A DNA stretch of 42,283 nucleotides, taken from contig MU271197.1 in the NCBI GenBank assembly GCA_021432655.1, positions 77,451 to 119,733 of the forward strand, written 5' to 3'. The first letter of the stretch is position 1; each line of letters opens with the position of its first letter. Of this stretch, positions 1 to 10,207 are shown piece by piece. The DNA comes from Atractiella rhizophila. Its lineage: Eukaryota. Both the position numbers and the translations under genes were made by a program. The notes under the pieces were generated by a model, which worked only from the letters and a program-made list of their open reading frames with translations, had not been told where the DNA came from and ran no database searches.

Positions 1-172
1 GAGTATTAAATGGAAACTGTGATGGCACAACTTGCTTCAGCAGTACCAAACCTAGCAAGCCAGCTGCGCCGCCAAGTAATCTGCGCCAATAAGTAGTTTT
101 CGACCTTTTATGCGATCCCTGATAGTCGGTGGGTATATAGGGATGCAAGGTATCATCCTTTTCGTCCTCCAT
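1..172 (-). CDS. 5' end of a gene running off the window; N-terminal membrane-anchored protein of unknown family
   Basis: ATG at 172 opens MEDEKDDTLHPYIPTDYQGSHKRSKTTYWRRLLGGAAGLLGLVLLKQVVPSQFPFNT, open to the window edge. Basic residues precede a hydrophobic segment (type II anchor-like). Divergent from the next gene. Confidence 0.55.
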   Translation of the reverse strand, partial: MEDEKDDTLHPYIPTDYQGSHKRSKTTYWRRLLGGAAGLLGLVLLKQVVPSQFPFNT

Positions 173-282
173 GCTGATGGATTGCGGGTTTCTGATTTGC
201 AATTGTAATTTGAAATACGTCAGATAAAGTTCAACCAACCTGAGTGCGATAGTACAAGCAAACCCCAAAACTTCCACACTTG

Positions 283-2823
283 ATGATGCCTAAGAGATCT
301 CGAGAAAGGTGAATTCTACGTTAATGCTATGCGTTGTTTGATACAGAGAGCCAGCTCTACGCCCACTCCCCGATCCTCTAGGAAAGTGAAAACCAAAGCT
401 GACAGCTCTCAGGAAGGAGAAGGCGAGACACAGAACAGTGGTTCAACATGGTGGAGTGCTAAATGCATTGTGCGTCCTTTCCTAAATGGAAAATTTGGTT
501 ATAAGTTGAGATGGCATCATCGGGTAGTTGGAGGAGAGGAAAGGACAATACAAGATTGCTTGGGAGGGAATCAACCCTGACACGAGGCAACCATGGGCTC
601 CCACCTGGGTTAGGCCTTCGAACATCTATTATGCATCCTCTTAGTGCAGTTATTCTGATAGGAACCGAAATCAAACGCGTCAAAATCCCTTGTTGAGACT
701 TGGAGGCGTAAACTTGCAGGGGAGTCAGGTGAGTCCTCCAAAGCAAAAACTTCTTCAAGAGTATGTCTGTGCCTCTCCACCGTGCTTTTCGGCGCTAATG
801 CATCCGCCAGAGATTTCCGTCGACGCGTTCGTCCCTTCCAGACGAATCAGAAGATGAGCGAGGAAGTCGCGGAGGGCGGAAGGACCTAACTAGTAGTGAA
901 GGTGAAGACGTCGAACTACGAAGCAAGGCTAAGAAACGGCGTATTGCGGTGTTCGAAGAAGACAACTCAGCAGATGCAAAGGCTAAAAAGAGGTCGCGCC
1001 AGATAGAAAGGGGATCCAGGGATGATGGTGAGCCGGAGCAGAAGGGGCAACTGAAAGAGAAGAAACGCCGTGGAGTCATGTACAATTCTGAATCTCACGA
1101 GAAGGATGAAGTTGTGCGCGACCAATCCATTCCACTTCTGTCCGATCAAGAGGGAACACGGCCACGGGGTCGAACTTCTAAAGCAACTTCTCAAGAGCCA
1201 GTGCCAGCTGCCGACACCGAACTACCTGCTGCCACCCAAGCCACTACCCACATCTCCGAAACGCGAGAAGACAATGGCCTTTGCTCATCTCGCGAAGAAG
1301 CGGACCAATCTCTCCAACCTGGACAACCAGATCTTCCGAACAATTCGAATTCTCAAAGCAGCAAAGAATTATCGAGCATCGTCCCCGACTCCCAATCGCC
1401 CAATCTACTCCTCCCCAGCCATGATCAATCAAAGGGAGATTCCCAGTATCAATCACAGTTGCACTCCGAACCAACCTCCAAAACCGGTGAAGTTCAAGAG
1501 GAAGGGTCAGCCCATCCTGAATCAAGGAAGAATCTAAAGGAGCTAAAACCCTTGCCTGACCCCACGCCACTTTTCGCCTCCATCAATCCTTCACCTCCCG
1601 ACGTACAGAATCAAACCAGCTCGATCATCTCTTTCAGAGCCAACGCCTCTTCGAACCCGAACGGCGACCATTCCGCAGAGCCACCACAGCTTCCTATGTC
1701 TACTCAAGACACGATCATCAACGATTTCTCTTCCCCACCACCTCTTCCTGCAGCGGAGAAAGCAAAGAAGAGCATGATTACAGATTTTTTGCCGTGGAAG
1801 GCTGGCAAGCAGAAAGAGAAAGCGAACAGTTTTGCGCCGCAGCAGCTTATGGTAGGTATAATGGAGGTTCAAGAAACGAATCCGTCGTCAGAGGACGTAA
1901 CAGGAAATCGAGGGAAAAGACCGAGGGATGATGAAGAGATGGCGGATGCAGAAGCGAACAAAAGACCAAAATCTGCTTTGGATGAGATCATTCCTGATGT
2001 ACGGTTCCATTCGGAAATTCGAGGTGGTTGTTGACGGATTACTGAAACAGAGTCAACTCTCTCAAAATACGCTCCGGATCGAAGAACTCACGAATGAAAA
2101 CCTTTCCTTAAACGCAAAGGTCGAAGCGTTACCTCTCGAGATTGCACAGCATCTAAGCTCGAACGCCGATTTGCAGAAAAAGGTAGCAAGCTTGGAGAAG
2201 GAGCGGAATATGGCTCGTGAAGACGTAGAATATAGGACAATGATGTATCAACAAGCATCAAACGCAGCGACGGCGCGAGCAGCGGAGGCTCAAGCAGCGG
2301 AGCGAGAAGTCGCGCGGTTGAAAGACCTCCTTGAAACTGGTATGAAACAGCGTGACCTCTTCGAACAAGCGAAGGAACGGAAGAAGGAGGATGAGATAAA
2401 ACGGCTACAAAGGCAATTGGATCTGATGAGGGAACAAGCCAGGCTGACGGACGACGAAGTCAGATCGAAGGCCGCGAAGTGGGATGCGGAGGAAGAAAGG
2501 TTGCAATATACTGTGAGCGAAGAAGAAGATGAGGAAGAGGAAGAGGCTGAAGTCTTTTTTTGTGAGTGGAGGGATGAGGTGAATGGACAATGCAAGTCGT
2601 TGAGCTTTGATCGTGCGGTACGTATATCTCATCTTCAGAATATGGGTGAATTGATGGAGTGTAGGTCCTGGCGCAGCATGTCCTCGAGTACCACTTAGGT
2701 GTGGAAGCAGGGGATATTGGCCGAGCTCAGAGAAGCGTGTTCCATTCGTCGCCTCCTGCTGCGGGGGACGGGCAAATGGCGAATGTTGCCGCCTCCAATC
2801 AAAGCCTGCAAGAATCTGTCTGA
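283..2823 (+). CDS. Chromodomain protein with disordered middle, C-terminal coiled coil and C2H2-like zinc finger
   Basis: Spliced exons give WWSAKCI|LEERKGQYKIAWEGINPDTRQPWAPTW|EPKSNASKSLVETW (chromodomain pattern YxxxWxG...xTWEP). Introns at 761-810, 1999-2050 and 2618-2664 join ORFs 949-2034 and 1928-2698. C-terminus FFCEWRDEVNGQCKSLSFDRA|VLAQHVLEYH; TGA at 2821-2823. The first intron acceptor is uncertain. Confidence 0.75.
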
Positions 2824-3135
2824 GAAAACACCACAATACTGTCATCAAGCAAATTGATGAATCGATTCTTTGAGCGTCAAAATACAATGGAGGAACTCTT
2901 TGGCGCAGTGATGTTGTCCAGCCAGTCGGCAGTAGTATTTCACGAGCAGGCCGTAAACGGGATCTTCCTTTGTTCAACATATTATATATTATCCATCATG
3001 GACGGTGAGTCGACTTGAGCGCTTGAGGATGGAGCATGAGGCATGAGTTTGGACCTGAAATGCAATATTTACATCATGTACATTGTAGCTGTCAGGGGAA
3101 CGCGCTTTTTCACGTAATTTACACAGTTGAATTAG

Positions 3136-3577
3136 TTATTGAGGAGGACCTTGCCTGTTCCCTTTCTCAGCGGTGGTGTCTTGCGTAGGAAAGTGTGGCA
3201 AATTTGAAGGGAGGTCGATTTCGTGAGGCTGTTCCATGAACAGTTAGCCAGCGCTGGGAGGAGGTTGATATTTATGACAGACCTGAAGGCCACCTTGTTG
3301 AACTTTTGCTCCGCCGCGGCTCCATCCACCGCTAATACCCTCAGTGTCCTGTGACTGTCCACCAAACCGTCCTGCTTAGCTTCTATGGAAAGTCAACACA
3401 ACTCACATGAGATCCAACCGTATAGTTCTGAGGCAAGGCGCCTCCGACTTCAGAGTTCACTGTTTTCCCTTCAGGATTGTTTGGGTCTTTGCCTAAGTTA
3501 TTAGCCTTTTGGTGTGCGGCTGACGTAGTTTCTCGAGCTTCTGGAGCTCCCTGAAAGCTCTGGATTGTAGACGACAT
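3136..3577 (-). CDS. Small hydrophilic hypothetical protein, 3 exons
   Basis: MSSTIQSFQGAPEARE...NYTVGSH|SQDTEGISGGWSRGGAKVQQGGLQ|PHEIDLPSNLPHFPTQDTTAEKGNRQGPPQ*, using GT-AG introns with CTAA branch motifs. TATA box upstream. Confidence 0.6.
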
Positions 3578-3657
3578 GATGAGTATGTTTATGTCCTTCT
3601 GGTGGGTTGTTGTATTGTTTTCTTTTGGAAAGCTCCACGAGTAGTAGAAAGCTCGCC

Positions 3658-3665
3658 CTTTTATA
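3658..3665 (-). promoter_or_regulatory. TATA box (TATAAAAG) of the small hypothetical gene
   Basis: The minus strand reads ggTATAAAAGgg about 80 nt upstream of the ATG at 3577. Confidence 0.5.
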
Positions 3666-4338
3666 CCTGCTCATCTGTGCTCAGGCACTTGATGCATTAT
3701 GACGCAAAATGAGTCGAATATCAGTCAGTGAAAACGCCGGGCACACGAGTGACACCTTTCTTGGACTGCTGGACCTTGGCTGGACGCATATCTGTAGGTT
3801 CAAGCCCTACTTCACTCAAATCCCCGTGCTCAGATATTTCGATTTGAGAGACTTCAACAAGCTTCCAGGGTTGCTTTCAACATCCAACGTTCAACCTGGA
3901 AGCAAAGCATTCAAAGCAAAGCAATGTCATTCTGTCCAGAAGCTTTAAACAAGCCCGCATGAACTTGTCAGAAACTGTCAGTGGAAACTTGAAAGTTCGA
4001 GAGAAAACCGATAGCGCAACTTCCCAATAGCACAACAGTGAACACCACGTCTATAACACTTAAAATATGTGTGTAATATCTTAAGCGTAGCTTTGTCAAA
4101 CCAGACTTCCGAAACATCGAAAGGAAGAGGGATCCAAGGAATGATTAAACAGTCCATGTATGAAAAAGCAAAGTTGAAATTTTGGGTCACTTATTGTTTG
4201 GTTTTGAGGCAAATTCAGAACAATATCAGGAGTCACGTTGTTTTGGATTTTGGACGAACGATACCCAATGATGCCGAGAAAGATGAATGAAAAGGGTATC
4301 GGTACAAAACGTGACTTTCAGTTGAAAAGAAAGGCGTA

Positions 4339-6740
4339 TCACGATGTTGAAGTTGACTTGCGATGGAAACGTGTGAGGGTATCAGGTGTTGGAGTTGGGG
4401 TCGAGGGAGGATCAGGGTTCGTTAGCTAACACGGAAAAATTGAATCAGGTGTTCGTAGTAGGAGCAGAAAGGAGACAGACCAAAAGATTCTGGCGCCCTA
4501 GGGCAGGAACAGAGTGCTCTCGTTCAACAGTGCTAACCAAGCTTCCAAGGCTATTAACTGTCTTCCCAGTATGGAAAGGTGCCATAAAAGGTCCGGTTTG
4601 ACCTGGCCCAGCGAAACTCTCCGAGCTTGACCTTCCTGGCCGCCGAAGAAGCTTGACACTTGCTGTCGACGACGAGGATGGCCGTTCGAGAGACAGAGGG
4701 GGGAGGGAGAAGGGATTAAAGGAGAGTGCATCAGAAGAGTTTAGCACAGACGAAGGCGTATGAGCCTTCGCAGGTGACTGTATGGAAAGAGGATTGCGAG
4801 GAGAGTATATAGAAGGAAAGGAGGGAACACGGAGTCTTGGTTGATCCACGAATTGGACACGGTTGGTAGAAGGTTGCGGATCTTTGAGTAGCAACAGGTC
4901 GTGACTTCCGCTCGCGTTCGAAGCGCTCGCTCCATCATCTGCTATGCTGTTCGAAATCACTGAGATGTCGCTGTCACCTGTCGCAGGTCTCGACGCATTC
5001 TTCCCTCCTTTCAGGATTCCCTCCTTCTTTGGTGTCGCTTTAGGACTGGAAGTAATGTATGGCTTCGAAACATCGTCAGACGTATCGACTTTGCCTAAAA
5101 TCGCCTTTTTCTCCCTCTCGAGGCGTTCTAGGGTATCGGATCGTTTGAGGAGATCTACGCTTGCCACCTTCTCCTTCATCGTGGTCGGTTTACTTGTAAG
5201 CATGGGTTCGAGAAAGGGGGAAGAGCCTGTGCGTGCAAGCAGCATGGGAGAGCTGGGATTCAGAGGGGTAACTCCGCCTGATGGGGGATTAGAACTGGTG
5301 GGGGAATAGGCGAGGAGTTCCCTTTGGGAAGAGTCGCGAGGAATGTAAGGTCCGTAAGAGGACGGCCCGAGCTCTGTAAATGAAGGAAGGTAGTTCTTGT
5401 CCGACCACGTTTGGTCGACATGATGGCCCCACGTATTGTTCCTCTTGAGCGCGGCATTGCTGAGGAAGGAGGAAGGAGGAGGGGTAGTCCCGTTGCGCCG
5501 AACTGCTAGTGTATTGTTTGGCGAAGGCTGACGGGAACAAGGAGTGGAACTCCCCAGAAAAGGAGACGGCTGGAGAAGCGAATCGTAACCTAGAGGTGGC
5601 ATGGATCTCCTGAAGTTGTTTTTCCCGTTCGGATCAGGCGGAATAGAGAAATAGTCGAGCCCAATTGTCATCTGCTGAGAGACCGACATCATGCTGCTGT
5701 CTCTCGACTGCCCAACTGAGGACATAAAAGGATGACCGTGGTCGCTAAATCGATGGACCTTTCGGCGGTCTAACTCTTCTCCATCACTCTGCCATCCTTC
5801 TTCGCTAGTTGTTTCCTCTTCTCCGACTCCGAACCGCCTCTTCACTCGCCTTGCAGCAACAGGCTTCTTCACTTCTGACCGTGGGGAATCGTCAGAACCA
5901 CCGACACCTTTCGCAGAAGCGGAGAGGCGACGGGAGAGGCGGATGGAGAGAGACCGCAGATTTTTCGAAGGTGTCCTGGATGGCGGCTGATGCGTTGACT
6001 CTCTGGGTTCGGAAGGTGTGGACGGGACAGGAGTCACGAGCCGTTCGCTGGGAAGACTGCTGGAACGCGGTCGTGAGGTTGAGCTTCTGTTGGGTTGACC
6101 ACCTTGACTCGATGACGAGTGACGTGCTCCGGTAACATTCCTCGAACTGACTGCGGGGGAGAAGTCACTCTTTTCCCCTTTCTCCATGCCATCAAAGCTA
6201 ACCTCCCCCACAATGCGCAAGTCCCCCACCTCTCTGCCTCGCCGTCTCGCTCGAAGTCTCCACCAAAGATAAAACCCAGCGATCGTGAGAGAGACAATTG
6301 CGACCGGGAGGATGATAGCTGGAATGAGATTCTTCTTTCCTCCGCTGTGTGACGATTGTTTTGGTGTCGATGTAGTAAGAGCTGGTCCAGCGCCTGTATA
6401 GTTGGAATAGAAGATAGACCAAGTACCGGCGGTGGAGCCGCAAGGATCTGCAGAGAAATCTCTACATGGAGCGGCACAAGAGGAGTCCTGCAGTCGATCC
6501 TGTAACGAACCCAATTCAGCCAACAGCTTTAGGATTGACAGCGAAGAGACACACTTGCAGGTCCGGAACAAGGCCACCGCAAGCGCATCTTCCTACTCCA
6601 AGCCCGAATATCCCTTGACCGTCCTGATTACATGTTCGCGAACATATGGCAGCGGAAACCTCGCTGGTATCGTTTTGAAAGGAGGCGAAGAAGCTGTCCG
6701 GCTCGTTGAAGCATCCGATGTAACTCGAGCTTGATGCCAT
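4339..6740 (-). CDS. WSC-domain single-pass membrane protein with long Ser/Pro-rich cytoplasmic tail (cell-wall sensor-like)
   Basis: YIGCFNEP...AICSRTC...CACG|...SCAAPC...DPCGS...WSIFY is the WSC cysteine pattern. TM helix LIPAIILPVAIVSLTIAGFYLWW is followed by RLRARRR. ORF 4445-6577 plus a predicted last exon LTNPDPPSTPTP...STS* ending at 4339. Confidence 0.75.
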
Positions 6741-7428
6741 TATTCCGCTTCAAAAATGACGCTGGCTGTCCCCTTGAAAGCGAAAAGGGCGAGGTTTAAG
6801 AGGAGGAACAGTGGAAACCCGGAACTGGACTAACAATCGCCCAATGCAGCTGAGAATCGCGAGCGTACACCTTCCCACTAGCTCACAGCCCTCCAGGGAC
6901 TCACGGGCAGCCTAACAAAGCGTTCACAATAAATATTCTTGTTGTCAACAAAGCGCCCAATTCGAATTCCACCCAGTTCCAAGTACGAACGTTGATAGTA
7001 TTCAGCTTGGTTATCCCACAGTTTCCATGAAAATCCCCCACCGTCGGACCCACCGCCGGATGGATTGGCCGATAGCACACCGTCTTGCCAGTCAGCGATT
7101 GAGAGGGAGGTCGAGGTCGTCGTTTTTTAAGCTATCTACCTCTTGGATGCATGTTTATATAGGTATCGTTCTTCATGCGGGTTCGGATTTTGAGAGTCGA
7201 GGACGATCGCCACCGCGTCACACAAACTTAAATTAAGCAGATCATTCCGCTGTGCTGGGACTATCAACGATCAATATCAAGCATTCTATTTTGCCAGCAC
7301 AGAAGGGGCATCAAGCAGATGACCACAATCAAGTCAACTGTGAAATTACGCCATATGGGTCAACGAGTGGGGAATAATTCGATTTATGGGCACCATTAAT
7401 GCCGCGGCGTGGTTGTCATCATTTCAGC

Positions 7429-10058
7429 TCAGCTCACTCCCAAACCCAGCGGAGGTGCTCGATTCTTCCTCTCCTCCTTCTTTTCATCCCCAATCTCCAT
7501 TCCCACCTTCGCCATCCCCTTGTTCAGCTGCTCTAATAAAGCGCAAGCTTGACAGAGCTCCTGAGAAGAAAGGGAGCCGCAAGTTCTACATGCCTCTACG
7601 TCACATGACGATATCAGCCTCGCTTTCATCACATCGAGAAGAGGCAGAAAGAGGGAGAACGCACGCTGAACCTGCTTCTTTGGTGGAGCGAGGCAAGCTC
7701 GACCTCTCTTGGGTTGGGAAGAGGAGCGAAGCGACATTGATGCGGCCATCGCCTCCCCACTGTAAATCTATTTCTCCATCTATATGAGCCAGTGGGGATT
7801 CAGGGGAACTTGGCGTACGATGTCGACAATGGCTGTGCTACGACGTTTCTCCAGATCCTTCACGAGCGCTCTCGCATGCCCTCGATAGGCTGTAGGAGAA
7901 TAGATGCACTCTGTCGAATGGTAATCGAGTTTCTATTGCATTCACCTCAGCACTTTTTTGGGATAGGGGGAGAGAGAAAGGACCACCTTAAAATAGGCAT
8001 ACATCACGATCTCCTTTTCATAAGCATACTTGAACGGTTTGCTCCTCTTAATCGTCCGTGGAAGCTTCAATCCATCTTCGTCATCCTCATCTTCATTCTC
8101 ATCCCAGTCCCCACCTGTCGTGACCGCCGTGCACCTTCCCAGTCGCGCAATGTCGCCCCTGAGCACTTCCAACGGCAACAACAAACCATGACTGTTGCGA
8201 AGAAGACTCGCACGGGAATACTCACCATTCATCAATATCGTCTCGGCCACATCATCTGCATTGTGACCTGTGACTACGTGATCAACCGCGAGCAGGTGAG
8301 CGCCTTTATCGAGGGCCTGCCTTCGAAAGACTCCACAATAAGTGCCTTCCTTGCAACCGTTTCAGCCTTCACGCGGACCAGTAAACACCGAAAATGAACG
8401 CACAATTACCCTTCTTCCCAATCTCACCCACGACTCTATCCATCGTCCAACCTCCATATAGCTGCTCGTAAGATAAGATCTTGAGCGGAAGACTATATTG
8501 CTCTGAATTCCGCTTCACTGTCTTCCTAGCAATCTCGTGAGCATGATGGTTTGGAATAGATCGGGGGAGCCACAACGCACTTCCAGGGACGCGTCCCGAT
8601 ACCCTGATATCCCCTCATCGATGCTGAGAAGGCAGAGATCGAGTCCGTACGAATATCGCTCGTTGAGAACTTTCATCACATGTGCCAAAACGGTGGAATC
8701 TAGAAATACACATGTGAGCAACCCGTTTTTGCGTTGCGACGCTACGGAACCAAAAGGGTTTCTAATCTTCGAATTCCACAATGCAGAATGGAGGAAACTG
8801 AGCCAAATCGCAGTAAGTGCATAAAACATCGAGAAGGTTGCGTTTTTCGCTTGTTCTTGATTCTGGAACATTGCATTTTCCTCGCACATTGATCCCTGCA
8901 GAAAACACGTAAAAATATGAAGGCAACCCTCTCCATCCCAGATGCCCGATAGTCGAGCGACGTACGCAAACAACTAAATAAGCGTGAAACGTGAAATGTA
9001 TTCTGGCAGAAATAAGTAATCTAACTGCTAACAACGAGAGGGCAAAGAAAACCAGGTTTTTTGGAACCCATTCCATAGCATACTTAACTGCACAAGACGC
9101 ATGTATATCTTATCAGTATTCTACCGTTTTAGGATGTAGGGCTCAGTCGAAGAAAGAAATTGCGAGAGTGAATCAACATTACAGTCTAGAGACAAGCCGT
9201 TCTCTTCTGCGATACGCTTGATGCATTAGAATACGAGGGAGAGATCGCCATGCATAAGAGGGGAATCATGAAATCAAATAGGATAGAAATCATGGATGCG
9301 ATCAAACAATGATTGAAATGGTGGAATAGTTCTTCTCCCTCGAAACTCTTCACAGATAAAGATGAAAACTTGTTAACACGGGAAGCTTCTTTCGCCATGG
9401 TAATTTGCTCAGTGGCTACACTTTTATAAGTACATCTCAGTGACAATTGTCAGGCAACGCGATTGCTAATAGTAAGAGCATTCTCGTGTGGCAAATTGTC
9501 GTTTGAGTTGTGTAAAAGTTCAATATCATATACGCACAGAGAGCTACGCTCAACACCATGGAAAGAAGGAAAACGTGGAAGATAATCCACAAAATGCGAT
9601 CACAGAGATGAGTGGATGAAATCTTCACAAGTCGTGAAAGGTTGATATTTTGCATGACTGGACGAAAACGACTTGAATCTTCATCGCAAAATAAGCCTCG
9701 AGAATCGGACAAGTTATTCGTCAACAAGGATGAATAAAGATAACGGCGAGGAAAAGATTAAAACAGAACGTTACACGAATTGACCAGGCCAGTGGCAATC
9801 GTCCAGCTACCCAAATCTGAGGCTAAGAAAAGCAAGAAACGACATACCTTTCCCACCACTCGCGCCGATCGCGACCCGCTCTCCCTTCCTGAACATGGGC
9901 TTTCCCCCTTCCGCCACTCCTTCTCCCATGATGGTATGATGGACTTCTGTCTCGAAGACTTGGAAGAAACAGTCGAGACAGGTCGGCTGCTGGGTTTTCG
10001 GACGGCGGAGGATGGCGCGGGATTGGGAGGATGGGGGACAGAGGGAACACGGCGCCAT
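7429..10058 (-). CDS. NCS6: Cytoplasmic tRNA 2-thiolation protein 1 (Ncs6/Ctu1)
   Basis: PP-loop [66 protein letters not shown] and C-terminal [13 protein letters not shown]. Intron 1 is 9847-8700 (1148 nt). Confidence 0.95.
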
Positions 10059-10207
10059 TTATCCTTTTCTGCTCTACTGATCAATCGTCTAGTTTGCTAT
10101 ATTCTGCTGGATCGTGGCGATTATGTAATGGTAAGTGTGGACAAATACGACCAAACTGCAGTTACAAGAGAAACACCACAGTGATAATCATCAATCATTA
10201 ATGAAGG

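Noticed and set aside
3700..4330. Several short ORFs in the intergenic region
   Set aside because: No motifs or consistent exon structure; likely promoter and 3' UTR sequence.
7792..8397. 201-aa plus-strand ORF
   Set aside because: Antisense to conserved NCS6 exons with no recognisable motifs.
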